A DNA stretch of 64,000 nucleotides from Kiritimatiellia bacterium (GCA_050950285.1 JBMNHG010000011.1:62001-126000), one strand, 5' to 3'. Counted from the stretch's first letter, positions 38,901-48,896 are shown. The notes: generated from the letters alone by a model not told the origin. A program made the numbers and translations.

Positions 38901-40162
38901 GGTGCAATGGCGTCAGGCGAGAAATCCCGTTGACGCTTGGAAAACGGGGCGACTTTTTCCTTTCCATTTGGAACGACGTTCGGGGGCCCGGCGCAAGCGT
39001 GGTGTTCGCGATGGCGCGCGTCAAGGTCGAGGGACTTCCCTCGACGGACCGCCAGTCGGCGTTTGTCGAGACGGTTTGGCGTGCGCCGGTTCTGGCCGCC
39101 AAAGACGTGCGGACGGTGACGGTGGCCAATCCCTCGGGCAGGGCCGTCAAGCAGTATCTCGCCGAAATCGCGCTTGAAGACGGAACGCCCGTCCGTGCGG
39201 TAGGGTTGGAGGACGGCGTTGCGCCCTCGCAGCAAATCGAGGAGGAAGACGGCAGGAGGACCCTGCTCGTGCTGGTGGACGAGCTTCCTCCGCGCGGGGC
39301 GAAGACGTTTCGAATCGACCCGGCTTCCGACGTGGACGTTTTGCGCCCCGGCGACATCGCCTTGCCGTTTGCCTGCGACAACGGCGTCATCCGGCTCGAG
39401 AAGAAAGACGCGTCGGCCACGATGTTGGACGCAGTGTCGCTCGGCGATGTCGCGCTTGGCGAGCTTCAGGCGCTCCTGTGGCAGAAGACCCCCGGAAACC
39501 AGTTTTTGAAGCCCAACCGTCTCGTCCGGTTCACGGGGATTGCCGGGCCGGTTCGGACGACGCTGCATTACGCGCTTGCCTTGCCGGACGGTGCGTCGGC
39601 CGACGCGCTTCCCGAAGTGGGGCGCGACGGGAAGCGAATCGAGCCGCCGCCGGGGCTCCCGCCCGCCGTCGGCGCCTTCCTCGTGGAGTATCGCGTGCGG
39701 GTTCAAAAGGGCGTTCCGTTTTATACGGCCCAGTTCCGCGGCGTTGAAAACCTGGCGGACTTCCCCTGGGTGCTCGACCGCTACTATCATTACATGGCTT
39801 CGTTCATTGGAGGCGACAAGGCGGACGACACGCCGGAGAACGGACAGATGGTCACGGAGTATTACAATCCCTCGCTTTTGTGGCACGATGCCGAGGCGGA
39901 TGCGGGCTATGGCGTGGTGCGGCCTCGCGGCATGTTTGGAAGCCGCTTCTGGGTCGATGAATCTGGCGGCCAGCATCCCGACCTCTGCCGCCTGGTGCGC
40001 GTCCGGCTGGAGCCGGGGGAGTCGTGGACGTGCCCGGATGAACTGGAGGCGCCGATCTTTGGCTGCCGCGGTTCGTTGGCGGACAAGCCGTGGGAAGCCG
40101 TCGCCCGCGACATCGAGGCGCGCAACGCCGTGCGCGTGGTGGAAGCGGGAAGTGGGAAGTGA
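35999..40162 (+). CDS. large secreted GH50 (beta-agarase)-like hydrolase with two tandem N-terminal beta-domains
   Basis: FFTVAEADGVHWFVDPQG, RLREWGFNT, LGYYIDNELDW, DPNHLVLGTRF, PILLSEW, YFMWVDQP, EDCSYGLV; start uncertain (35999, 36017 or 36035). Confidence 0.8.
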   Translation: MGMTFAMDRPCRMRLLASLAAILLACGVHAAPVSFKDDFRAYREGMPPSQAWFTQGGWTVQRGGLQCGDVRQAAAAPADVPYGRTVTLEARVTPLGATGSNWKTTGLAVYWDAKNYWLLCLTEFPGKEDGAKHLIELNAMVDGVWQANVQGDTALEEWPPLQGGTWRTGETCTMRLAMTAEGIRGTIADSTGKRIYERGYRFQDGVKTVRAGVPVLWNQSFDTRFDDVALVVDDAVEPPEDVINRRKPIPAPRVTADGADYRFRDDFDKTANEHALVAPWHATSRYWETKRGALRGADGGRVHATVDGAPIGTSVRVEADVVVEQSLGGTWKQAGLAIAQAPDRYWLLCLVEEPGNHAGAKHMIELSEMLPGNKWQAQNREGTTLEVVESRSFAQWSKHAQYKMRIELTPTLIEGTVFGAHGEVVFHGLYRFKDGVEAVREGTPILWNQGFDCSFDNVEFVVDGAKDGTPFSQIRPKEDFTPYKARPYTAAPMGRKLVEQAPGFFTVAEADGVHWFVDPQGYAYYSVGVEQVKYSGHFSPALGYSPYNRNILAKYGTVQKWADATSARLREWGFNTASVMPYAVAPGGGEAFLDGIAVTMIANIGQSFVAYSDLSPITINGFPNVFHPRWQEHCDAKAREFCARFRDNPWILGYYIDNELDWHGSNCAAFFIHTHAGGDGPLEYGLMLDILRKPKDHSARVAFLDFLRQRHGDIARLNAAWGTGFSGFDAIEADEVFVLGDPVPGSHPDMREFLRIIAERYYGATTAAMRKADPNHLVLGTRFAGWSQEPVWEMCGKYCDVVSVNHYPFVELEEGTVDGAREMLHRVVKLCKRPILLSEWSFVSLDSGLPCRHGAGERFDTEAQRAKAFQIYQSMMMETPFCIGSDYFMWVDQPSGGMPSASNPEDCSYGLVKENDEPYPLLVKAATEINRLAVPLHDQVVPTLRFNGSTLVVENRCETPRKAVVEIWCNGVRREIPLTLGKRGDFFLSIWNDVRGPGASVVFAMARVKVEGLPSTDRQSAFVETVWRAPVLAAKDVRTVTVANPSGRAVKQYLAEIALEDGTPVRAVGLEDGVAPSQQIEEEDGRRTLLVLVDELPPRGAKTFRIDPASDVDVLRPGDIALPFACDNGVIRLEKKDASATMLDAVSLGDVALGELQALLWQKTPGNQFLKPNRLVRFTGIAGPVRTTLHYALALPDGASADALPEVGRDGKRIEPPPGLPPAVGAFLVEYRVRVQKGVPFYTAQFRGVENLADFPWVLDRYYHYMASFIGGDKADDTPENGQMVTEYYNPSLLWHDAEADAGYGVVRPRGMFGSRFWVDESGGQHPDLCRLVRVRLEPGESWTCPDELEAPIFGCRGSLADKPWEAVARDIEARNAVRVVEAGSGK

Positions 40163-40472
40163 GAAGCGAGAAAAACGTTGTCGCAAAGAAGCGGCTGGGG
40201 GTTAGATCAGCCGGATCAGACCGATCGTTGATTTCTCGCAGCGCCGTGGACGCGGCGTCCCCGCCGTGTTTCGTTCCGCGCCATGGCGCGCTACGGGGAA
40301 CCGCCCAGCCCCGGGAACGCGAGGCTCCGCACTCGCCCCCGTTGTCTGCGCCCGCACCCTGCTAATCGGACGACGAGACTGCTTTCGTTCCATCAGCCCC
40401 TTTGTTTCGATTCGATGGCCCGCCCGATTGAGCGCCTGCCGAAGCACGGCGTGAACGGGCGAAGGGCTCCCC

Positions 40473-42896
40473 CTAAAACGTGACGCCGTCAATCCTGCAT
40501 TGCGGACCGAAGGGGGTCAAGGCCACCCTCAGCCGGTCGGGGGCGATTCGGACTTCCTCGAAGAGCACGAGATCGTTCCGGGGCTTGAGCCAGCCCAGCG
40601 GCAGCCAAAGGGATTGTTGCGGCCCCAGGTTCCAGTAGCGGCCCACATTGCGGCCGTTCAGCCAGACGCTGCCCTTGCCGGCGTGTTCGCCGAGTTCGAG
40701 CCGGACGGCGCCGTCGAACCCTCCGGGAATGGCAAACTCCCCGGCCACCCAGAGCGGCCCGGCCAGCGTGGCGCCGTCCGGGGACGGCTCGTCCAGGTCG
40801 CCGCCGGGACGATCCCAACGGTCGATCCCCTCGTCCGCGCCGAGTCCGGCGCGCATGCGCCAGCCGGAGAGTTCAACGCCGTTCAGCCAGACCGGGCCGT
40901 AGAGCCCCTTGGGTTCCCCGAGCGGGATGTCGTACTCGGCGCCGCTGTTGAACATGCCGAGGTTCTCGACCAGGACGGCCAGCGTGTGGACGCCGGCCGG
41001 CAGGTTGGGCATGAGGTGCCAGCCGTGGTTGCTGCCCCATCCGCGGCAGCCCAGGTAGCGGCCATCGACCCAGACATGGGCCCGATCGTCGGCGCCGCTG
41101 AAGACGATGGTCTGCGGCCCTTCGTCCACCACGTCGAAGTTCGTCCGATACCAGGCGTAGCCATGACCGTGGCCGAAGGCGGCCATGCGCCGGGGCTGCG
41201 GCGCAGAGAACCAGGCGGAGTCGTCGAAATCCGCAGCGCATTCCGGCAGGCCGCAGCCGAAGCGGATGCGGGACAGCGCCACGGCGTCGGGTGCGGGCGC
41301 GGCGACATAGGCCGGCGACTCGACGGCGAGCCGGCCGTCATGGAACCGCCAGACCTCGGCCTGCGACGGCGAGCTGGCGGCGATGTCGATCCGCCCTCCT
41401 CGGACGACGGCATCCTCGATGCGCTCGGGCCCGCCGAAGACGACCGCCGGCGCACCGGGCAGCGCCAGCGGCCAGCATCGTCCGGCTGCGGCGCGGTTCA
41501 GCACCAGGATATCCACCTTGCCATGGCGAAGGTGGAGCGGCAGGCTGCCGCCTGGCACGTGGACGTCGAGGCGCTCCCCGTCCAGCTCGAGCCATCCCTC
41601 CGAATCGGCTTCGCCAAAGAGGACGAGCGCCGGTTCGACGGCCAGCAGATCGAGGCTGGTCCGGTCGAGCCGCTGGCCGCCGGGCAGGCGCAGGTCGCGC
41701 ACCGTCCACCGGACGGCGCCGGCCGGGATCGACATATCGACGCAGGCCTGGTCTTTCGCGGCATCGGCGATGCGGATCTGTTCGGCGCTGCGGTTCAGGG
41801 TGAAGACGAACGTCCCGTCCGGCCCTCGGCGGGTGGCCTGGATCAAACCCGGCTGCAGTTCCACGATCTCGGGCATGCCGGCCTGGGCCAGGGCGGGCAG
41901 GTTGATCGGCGCCAACCGGGTCTTGAACAAGTCGTACTTGCCGCTGAAACGTCCATCGTCGAGGATGGGTGCGCCGGGACCATAGAGGGTCGTCATGAAA
42001 TTGGCGTCCGAGCAGATCGAGCGTCCGTGCCAATAGCCGAAGTGGGCGCCGCCGGCGAAAACGAAGGCGGTCAGGCCTCCCGCCCCGCCGGCCGCGATCT
42101 CGAGGGCGCCGTTGAGAGCGCGGGCGTCGTCGTAGACCGCGCTGCCATGGCGTCCCCACCAGTCGAAGGCGGCGATCCAGTATTCGGTGACGAACAGCGG
42201 GGCGTCCGGTTGCAGGCCGCGGGCTCGGGCGAGGTTGCGCAACCCGTCGCCGCCGAAGTTGCAGCACAGGTTGACGCCCTCGTAGACCCTGGGTTTCAGG
42301 CGCGGGAAGTTGATGAAGCTGTCGCAGTTGATGATCGGCACGGTGACGCCCCGCGCGCGCAGCCCGTCGCGCAGATGATGGATGTATTCCGCTTCCTGCC
42401 CCTCGCCATAGTGGCCGTATTCGTTTTCGACCTGGGCGAGGATGACGGTTCCCTCCCGGCCCAGCTCGTAGCGCGCGATCAGCGGCGCGATGCGATCCCA
42501 CCACGTGTCGACATAGGCGAGGAACTTCGGATCTTTGGTGCGCAGGCGGATGCCGGTCTTTCCCGACAGCCAGACGGGCAGCCCCCCGGCCTGCCATTCG
42601 TTGCAGATGTACGGGCCCGGCCGGGCGACCACGTACAACCCCAGTTCGGCGGCGAGCTGCAGGAAATGCCCGACGTCGCGATCGCCGGTGAAATTCCATT
42701 CGCCTTCGCCCGGCTCATGGTAGTTCCAGGGCATGTACACCGACACCGTGTTGAAGCCGGCGCACTTGAGCTGCAGCAGCCGCCGGCGCCAGTCGCCGCG
42801 GGTCATCTTGAAGTAATGCATCTCGCCGGACAGCAGCCAGGTCGGGCGGTTCTCGATCCAGTAGCCGTTGCGATCGAAACGGATGGGGCTTGTCAT
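40473..42896 (-). CDS. GH35 beta-galactosidase, no signal peptide
   Basis: LSGEMHYF, GFNTVSVYMPWNYHEP, RPGPYICNEW, QVENEYG, TEYW, LVENLG, GKGSVWLNGRNVGRYW; GAAAGG RBS. Confidence 0.92.
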   Translation of the reverse strand: MTSPIRFDRNGYWIENRPTWLLSGEMHYFKMTRGDWRRRLLQLKCAGFNTVSVYMPWNYHEPGEGEWNFTGDRDVGHFLQLAAELGLYVVARPGPYICNEWQAGGLPVWLSGKTGIRLRTKDPKFLAYVDTWWDRIAPLIARYELGREGTVILAQVENEYGHYGEGQEAEYIHHLRDGLRARGVTVPIINCDSFINFPRLKPRVYEGVNLCCNFGGDGLRNLARARGLQPDAPLFVTEYWIAAFDWWGRHGSAVYDDARALNGALEIAAGGAGGLTAFVFAGGAHFGYWHGRSICSDANFMTTLYGPGAPILDDGRFSGKYDLFKTRLAPINLPALAQAGMPEIVELQPGLIQATRRGPDGTFVFTLNRSAEQIRIADAAKDQACVDMSIPAGAVRWTVRDLRLPGGQRLDRTSLDLLAVEPALVLFGEADSEGWLELDGERLDVHVPGGSLPLHLRHGKVDILVLNRAAAGRCWPLALPGAPAVVFGGPERIEDAVVRGGRIDIAASSPSQAEVWRFHDGRLAVESPAYVAAPAPDAVALSRIRFGCGLPECAADFDDSAWFSAPQPRRMAAFGHGHGYAWYRTNFDVVDEGPQTIVFSGADDRAHVWVDGRYLGCRGWGSNHGWHLMPNLPAGVHTLAVLVENLGMFNSGAEYDIPLGEPKGLYGPVWLNGVELSGWRMRAGLGADEGIDRWDRPGGDLDEPSPDGATLAGPLWVAGEFAIPGGFDGAVRLELGEHAGKGSVWLNGRNVGRYWNLGPQQSLWLPLGWLKPRNDLVLFEEVRIAPDRLRVALTPFGPQCRIDGVTF

Positions 42897-42918
42897 AAAC
42901 GTCCTTTCGTTTTTTGAT

Positions 42919-43869
42919 TCAGATGGCGGCGAGAACGATGCCCAAGACACCGACGACGACGCCCAGCGCCTGGACGGGGTTGAGCCGCTCTCTGAGGATC
43001 AAGAGCCCGTAGGGGAAGAAGCCGATCACGCACGAGCAGACCATGATCGGGAAGCCCATCGGGCCGCGTCCGAGGCTCTGAAGCAGGTCAAGCCCCGGAA
43101 ACATGAGAAGCACGACCACCGTGTAGTTCACGGATACGACGGTGGCGGCGTAGGCGGCGATCGTGCGGAGTTCCCGCCACGTGGGCCGGGGGGCGGCTTC
43201 CGCTCCTTCGAGGCGTTGCCGCGCGAAGGCGTACAGGCATCCGGCGAGACTGCCCGTCGTGGTGACCAGACTTCGGAAGACGCTCGGCATCTCCTGTCCT
43301 CGTTCCAGATAGGACGGCAGGTTGGCGCCGCACTGGTTGATCCCGCAGCAGATCATGCCGAGCACCGACGGGACGAGCCAGATTGAAACGGAACGATCGG
43401 CTTGTCCCGGATTCGCAGGCTTGCCCCGCTCGCGGAACGCATAGAGGAAGATGCTCGCGATGATCAGGACGACGCCCGTGATGCGCAGGGCGTCCATCGG
43501 GACGCCGAAGACGATCCAGCCCATGAAGAACGGGAAGATGAAGCCCGACTGGATGATCACCCAGACAATGGCGTTGGGCCCGTTTTTCATCGCGCGACCC
43601 ATGCACCGGATCATCAGGTAGTTGAAGAGGCCGTTGCAGAGCATGCCGACGATCGTCCAGATCCAGGTCGATGCCGGAATGCCTGCGGGCGGCAGGAGCC
43701 GCTCCGGGCTGCACAACCCGATCGTCAGGCTGATCAGGAGGGAAAGCAGGCCGCTGCAAAGCTGGTAGTGGAGGAGGCTCAGCCCTTTCCGCCCGATGTG
43801 CCCCACCATCGCCCCGACGACGACCCAGGAGAATCCGGTCGAAACCAGAAGTAGCAGCGCCTTGAGCAT
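42919..43869 (-). CDS. DMT/EamA-family membrane transporter
   Basis: About 10 hydrophobic segments in two halves; GWIVFG...ITGVVLII; LILRERLNPVQALGVVVGVLGIVL. Confidence 0.8.
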   Translation of the reverse strand: MLKALLLLVSTGFSWVVVGAMVGHIGRKGLSLLHYQLCSGLLSLLISLTIGLCSPERLLPPAGIPASTWIWTIVGMLCNGLFNYLMIRCMGRAMKNGPNAIVWVIIQSGFIFPFFMGWIVFGVPMDALRITGVVLIIASIFLYAFRERGKPANPGQADRSVSIWLVPSVLGMICCGINQCGANLPSYLERGQEMPSVFRSLVTTTGSLAGCLYAFARQRLEGAEAAPRPTWRELRTIAAYAATVVSVNYTVVVLLMFPGLDLLQSLGRGPMGFPIMVCSCVIGFFPYGLLILRERLNPVQALGVVVGVLGIVLAAI

Positions 43870-43902
43870 CTTTTCGCCCGTCCAGCCCCAACGGAGCCGT
43901 GC

Positions 43903-45462
43903 CTAGTCGCCCAGGGATTCCGCGGCGGCGGCGAGGGTGTTCGCGGAAGCGATGTGGCAGTTGATCCACGGGTCGTTGTCGAGCCCGGTCCTGCCGCCGT
44001 TCCACCACGGCGCCTTGGCCCACCACCACGTCGGGATGAAGCCGTTCGGCATCTGGATGCGCGTCATCGAGTCGGCCATGGCGCGCGCCTTCGCGAGCGC
44101 GCGCCCGTCGTGCGCCGCCTTCCCGTAGTCGATCCAGCTCCGAACGAGCTTTGCCGCCGAGGCGTCGACCGGGTTGAAGCAGTCGAACTGCTCCACGCAG
44201 CAGGGGACGTGGAAGTTGGCGCCGCGTCCGCCGCTCCCCGATTTGAAGCGCGGGAAGACGCAGGTGGCGTCCTCCGGGCGGTAGGGAAGCTCCCAGAAGA
44301 CGAACTGGTCTTCGGCGAAGCGGATGATGTCGCGTGCGATGGCGAGGTAGCGCGCATCGCCCGGGAAGCGGCGGAGCAGATAGCTCATGACGTTGCAGGC
44401 GCTATGCTTGGTGAGGTTCGTGTACTTGCGTCCGGGCTGGACGTCCTCGAACTGCCCCTCCCAGGCCCAGTCCTTCAAGATGCCTGTTTCGATCTGGGTG
44501 AAACAGTCCCGGGCCGTCTGTTCGTAGGCGTCGTTTCCGGTGGCGCGCGCGAGCGCTTCGAAGAAGAGCATCGGCCTGTCCGGCACGAGGGTGTTGGGCG
44601 TGGTGGGCCGTCCGGTGGCGATGTCGAGGACGAGCGGCCAGGAGCCGTCCTCGCGGCGCGTCCGCATCGCGGTCGCCGCGATGCGCTCGGCGGCGTCGAT
44701 CCAGCGGCGCTCGCCGGTCGCCTCCGCGAGGTCGAGGAAGGCCATCCCCACGTCGAACGGGTAGATGAGCATGATCGTCCCCTCGCACTCGGGGTGCTGG
44801 CATGCCTGTCCGTGGGCGGTCGTGTAGGTGAGCGGCCAGTGTTCGAGCGGCGTGCCGGGCGCGCATGCGGTGCGGACCAGGAACTCGCCCGCGAGCCGGG
44901 CGAGCCGGAGCGCCTTGTCGCGGCACCCGGGCATCCTGTCGGCGCATGTCGCCATCGCCTGGATGGTGGCGGCATGGGTTTTGGACGGGTAGCCGTTTTT
45001 GTCGTAGTCGCGGTCCGGCTCGCCGGTCTCGAGAAATTTCGTGAACGGGGGCCAGGAAAGGATGAAGTCGTAGGCGAGCCGGGCGGCATCGGCATAGGGG
45101 CGCGCCTTTGGCGGATGGTCGCCGGTGAAGGGGGCGTCGCGCCAGAAGAGGCGCGGTTCGTTTGTGATGCAGACGACGTTCTCCGCGTTGATGCCTTCGC
45201 AGAGGACGACGGTGCGCCCGACCGGAAGATCCTTCCAGACGGGCGTGAGCGGAGCCCACGGCTTGTCGGCGAAGAACGTGCGGATCGACCCGTCGGCCGC
45301 CCAGATTTGGAAGCGGTACTGCTTCGCCATCCATTGTTCCTCGAAGTCGAAGGCGGGCGGATAGATGAATTTCGGGGAGCATCCGTTCCAGAAGGGCGCG
45401 CCGGTTTCGGGGTTGCCGGGGCGGATGGGTTCGGTGTTTTCGGGAAGTTGTTCGAGGTTCAT
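43903..45462 (-). CDS. uncharacterised (alpha/alpha)-barrel carbohydrate-active-like protein
   Basis: LDLAEATGERRWIDAAERIA, REDGSW, LARATGNDAY, WEGQFED, QMPNGFIPT; ATGA overlap at 45459-45462. Confidence 0.6.
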   Translation of the reverse strand: MNLEQLPENTEPIRPGNPETGAPFWNGCSPKFIYPPAFDFEEQWMAKQYRFQIWAADGSIRTFFADKPWAPLTPVWKDLPVGRTVVLCEGINAENVVCITNEPRLFWRDAPFTGDHPPKARPYADAARLAYDFILSWPPFTKFLETGEPDRDYDKNGYPSKTHAATIQAMATCADRMPGCRDKALRLARLAGEFLVRTACAPGTPLEHWPLTYTTAHGQACQHPECEGTIMLIYPFDVGMAFLDLAEATGERRWIDAAERIAATAMRTRREDGSWPLVLDIATGRPTTPNTLVPDRPMLFFEALARATGNDAYEQTARDCFTQIETGILKDWAWEGQFEDVQPGRKYTNLTKHSACNVMSYLLRRFPGDARYLAIARDIIRFAEDQFVFWELPYRPEDATCVFPRFKSGSGGRGANFHVPCCVEQFDCFNPVDASAAKLVRSWIDYGKAAHDGRALAKARAMADSMTRIQMPNGFIPTWWWAKAPWWNGGRTGLDNDPWINCHIASANTLAAAAESLGD

Positions 45463-48400
45463 GGATGGATTTGCAGGAGTTGCGGTGCGGTATAGATGTT
45501 TGCGGCGCGGTCGTGCGGGCCTTGCTGGCGGAGCTGGATCGTCGCCTCTTCGGGGTTGGGGCCCGTGGTGAATTCGCACTGATGGAATGCGCCGGGGCCG
45601 GAATAGTCTTTCGTGGCCGGCGCGGAAACGAGGCGCTCCGCGCCGGTGACGGTGTCGCGCAGCGCGATGACGGGGTTCGCCCAGCATCCCGAAACGCAGG
45701 TGTCGTCGACAATCTGCCGAACGGAAAAATAGAAGCGCCCCCGTGCCGGGAGCGTTCCCGCCTCCTGGTCCACCGAGGCGAACAGGCAGGGGCCCGTCCG
45801 GGCGATGCGGATGGCGCCGCCGATGTCTTCGAATCGGCAGCAGTCCGGATCGGGAATCCCCGGCTGGGGATCGAACCGGGGCGACCAGCCGACGGGGCGG
45901 CCTGCATCGTCCCAGTCCTCCAGCGTCCCGTTCACGACGAGATCCCGGGGGGGCTCGCCCGGCCGGAGGTTCTCGAAGGCGTCGGCAAAGGCGAACGACG
46001 ACAGGTTCCCTGCGGCGTCGCGCACTTCGATGGAGACCGCATAGCGCAGGCCGGGCATCCGCTTGCGGAGGGTGACGGGCAGGCGCTTTCGCACCGTGCC
46101 ATGCGGTTCGAGTTCGATGGGGAAGGCGCTGCCCTCCACGGAAAGAAGCGCGTGCGCCTTCACCGTCACGGAAAGCGGCAGCGGATGGTCCGTGCGGTTT
46201 TCAAGGTCGATGGCGATGCCGTCGTCCTCGAGATGTCCTGAAAACGTGTATCGAGGCGCGTACTTCAAATCCGGGGCGAGCACGTAGAGGCCGTTTCCGC
46301 CGAGTTTGACATCGGCGCGCGCGCCGGGCGAAGCGTGTTCGGATGCGTTGCCGAACACATCGGTCGTGGTGTAGGTCTCCGCGCCTGTCGCAAGGGGCAC
46401 GGACTCCCCGCCTTCCGAGAACCCGAACCCGATAACGCGGCCGTTCGTCCTCCGCCAGAGGACGAATCGGCCTCCGGACGGGAAGCGCATCTGCCACTCG
46501 ACGCGCCCGGGGCCGAGGGTGTCCGTCATGACGGCATAGGCGACGGCCGCCGCGCGCGGGGCGAAGTTCTCCATGAAGAGCCCGTGCCCTTCCCATCCGC
46601 CTTCCATGAGGGTGAACCACGGCATGTACCGCACCCACGGGACGTCGGCGGACATCCCCGTATAGAGCTGCGGCACGAACTCGGCCTTTCTCCGTTCGCC
46701 GGCCGGATCGTATTTCGTCCCCATCCCGCATTCCGGCAGCACGGCGAAGGTGTCCGCGACAAGGTCGGGCCCCAAGACCTCCGCCGCCTTCCGGAGGCCG
46801 TCGAACGGTTCGTTGTAATGGTTCATGCCGAAGACGTCGACCGGGAAGCCGCCTTCGGGCAGTTCCTTGTAGAGGCGCTCCACGCAGCCGTTCTCGTCGC
46901 TGGCATGCGAAATGCCGACCTTGAGGCCGGGGTTGGCCCGTTTCATGGCGCCGACCGCTTCGCCCGCGCACTTCATCCAATGGCGCGTGGTCGTGCAAAG
47001 CGCGCTTGTCGCGAAGGCGTCGTCGTCGGGCTTCAAGTGCGCCGTGTGCCCGCCAATGCCCTCGTTGCCGAAGACGACGTACCCCACGAAGTCGCTCATT
47101 CCCGCCGCGAACATCTCGTGGTAGCGCCTCCAGACGGCAAACTCGTCGTCGGTCTGCGGCCAGCGCGGGAGATTGTTTCGGCCTTGCTCCATGAGCGACA
47201 CCCAGGGGCGGATGTGGTGTCGCTTCAGGATCGGCTCGATTTTCTCGTTCCAGTTTTCCAGCGTTTCCCCGAGCCACGACTCCGTCGCCGCGCCATCGGC
47301 GAGATCGAGCCCGGTGTAGCGCGACTGGATGCGTGCGCCGGATGCGCCGATCGTCTCCATCAGCAGGCATTGCCGCTCGATCTCCTCCAGGTTCGCGGGG
47401 GTGGGGGAGCGGTTCAGGTCCCAGTTGCGCGGATGGATGCCGAAGGGGTTGGCGGGCGAGAGGCGCTCCTCTGGCGTGAGGCGCGGGCGGCGCGCCAGAT
47501 AGCCGACGCGCGTGACGCCGCCCGAGATCCTTCGTCCTGCATCGAAGATTCCATACCGCACGACGTACATCCCGAAACGCATGAGCGGCGGCATTTTCAC
47601 CTGGACGTCGCCGGGCTCCCATGGCGCCAGTTCGATGGACTGGGAGAGTTCGCCGAGAAGCTTCCCCTCCGCATCTTCGACGGTGCCCTTGATTTCAAGG
47701 GAACGCCGATAGCCGAGGAGGTTCACGACATGGATCACGGCGATGGGGTCGCGGTTGTCCTCCTGGAAGACGAGGTTGCCGTCGGGCGTTCGCGCCGTTG
47801 CGCACCAGGCCGTGTTTTCATGGTTCATGCCTGCGGGGAGCAGCGGAGGCCGCCCGGATCCCTCCACGGCGAGGATGTGGCCGTAGGGGGTGCACAGCGA
47901 GCGCGCCGTCGGGGCACGGCGCGGTTGCTGCCAGACGGCCACGTTGTCGATGCGGATTTCCTCCCAGTTCGCCTGGACGTCGCCACGCCAGATTCGGGCG
48001 GTGTTTCGGAATTCCGCGAAGGCGCGCACGTGCGTCGCGCCCTGCGGCGGATCGTAGGCGCGCTGGACGGCGGTGAACCACGTGCCGTAGAGTTCCGTGC
48101 CGAAGTGCCAGTACCCGAACTCCTCCCGCTCCTTCAGGGGGAACACGTCGAACCCGCCGTCTTCCCGCATGCGGAGGAATTCGATCCGGACCGGCGCCAG
48201 ATGGCCGTGGGGACGCGCATGCCGGCTGAACTTGATGGAGTAGATCCAGTGGACCGGATCGGCGCCGGCCAGCGGCATCGGATCGGACTCCCAGCGCCCT
48301 TTTTCGTTTTCGGACGTGAGCGAAAGCGCGTAGTTCCCGGCGAAGGCGTTGCGGGTGACGCGCGCAGGCCCCTCGCCGACATAGCGCCACCCTTTCGGGA

Positions 48401-48896
48401 GTCCTCCTTCCAGTTCCTCGAACGACGGATTGGGAACGAGGTTGAGGGCATACGTTCCTTCGGCGACGAGCGTTTCGTCGATGCCGCCTTCGTCTGCGCC
48501 GAGCGTGGTCCCGCGCAGGACGCGGAACGCCTGCGCGGCGACAGGCGGATCGAAACGCAGCTCGCCCCGCACGGGGGCGACGCCGATCGTCTGGGGCGCC
48601 TGGCATGTCATCTCGAAGTCGCCGCCCCCGGCGGGGAACGGCGCGCGCACCGTGGATTCGGCGAAACCGAGCGCCCGCTCGATCTCCGCCGTGTCTTTGC
48701 CTGTTTCGTCGAAGAAGCGCACCTCGGCAGTCACGGCGGGTGCGTCGCCCGGCAGCGCGAAGGCGAGCCGGAGCGCCTCGCCCGGCTGTACGGGAAACCC
48801 GCAAGCCGGCCGAGCGCCCCCGTCTTGTGAAAAAGCCGCTGCAGCGCCTATGGCGAGGGTGGCGAACATGGCAGGAAGCCCCTGGATTTTCGGCAT
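45459..48896 (-). CDS. large secreted CBM-containing clan GH-A-like (GH39-like) hydrolase
   Basis: Signal-like N-terminus; NLVPNPSFEE and DLVVNGTLED (CBM-like); NPFGIH, FGNEG, VDVFGMNHY, LPECG. Confidence 0.7.
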   Translation of the reverse strand: MPKIQGLPAMFATLAIGAAAAFSQDGGARPACGFPVQPGEALRLAFALPGDAPAVTAEVRFFDETGKDTAEIERALGFAESTVRAPFPAGGGDFEMTCQAPQTIGVAPVRGELRFDPPVAAQAFRVLRGTTLGADEGGIDETLVAEGTYALNLVPNPSFEELEGGLPKGWRYVGEGPARVTRNAFAGNYALSLTSENEKGRWESDPMPLAGADPVHWIYSIKFSRHARPHGHLAPVRIEFLRMREDGGFDVFPLKEREEFGYWHFGTELYGTWFTAVQRAYDPPQGATHVRAFAEFRNTARIWRGDVQANWEEIRIDNVAVWQQPRRAPTARSLCTPYGHILAVEGSGRPPLLPAGMNHENTAWCATARTPDGNLVFQEDNRDPIAVIHVVNLLGYRRSLEIKGTVEDAEGKLLGELSQSIELAPWEPGDVQVKMPPLMRFGMYVVRYGIFDAGRRISGGVTRVGYLARRPRLTPEERLSPANPFGIHPRNWDLNRSPTPANLEEIERQCLLMETIGASGARIQSRYTGLDLADGAATESWLGETLENWNEKIEPILKRHHIRPWVSLMEQGRNNLPRWPQTDDEFAVWRRYHEMFAAGMSDFVGYVVFGNEGIGGHTAHLKPDDDAFATSALCTTTRHWMKCAGEAVGAMKRANPGLKVGISHASDENGCVERLYKELPEGGFPVDVFGMNHYNEPFDGLRKAAEVLGPDLVADTFAVLPECGMGTKYDPAGERRKAEFVPQLYTGMSADVPWVRYMPWFTLMEGGWEGHGLFMENFAPRAAAVAYAVMTDTLGPGRVEWQMRFPSGGRFVLWRRTNGRVIGFGFSEGGESVPLATGAETYTTTDVFGNASEHASPGARADVKLGGNGLYVLAPDLKYAPRYTFSGHLEDDGIAIDLENRTDHPLPLSVTVKAHALLSVEGSAFPIELEPHGTVRKRLPVTLRKRMPGLRYAVSIEVRDAAGNLSSFAFADAFENLRPGEPPRDLVVNGTLEDWDDAGRPVGWSPRFDPQPGIPDPDCCRFEDIGGAIRIARTGPCLFASVDQEAGTLPARGRFYFSVRQIVDDTCVSGCWANPVIALRDTVTGAERLVSAPATKDYSGPGAFHQCEFTTGPNPEEATIQLRQQGPHDRAANIYTAPQLLQIHP

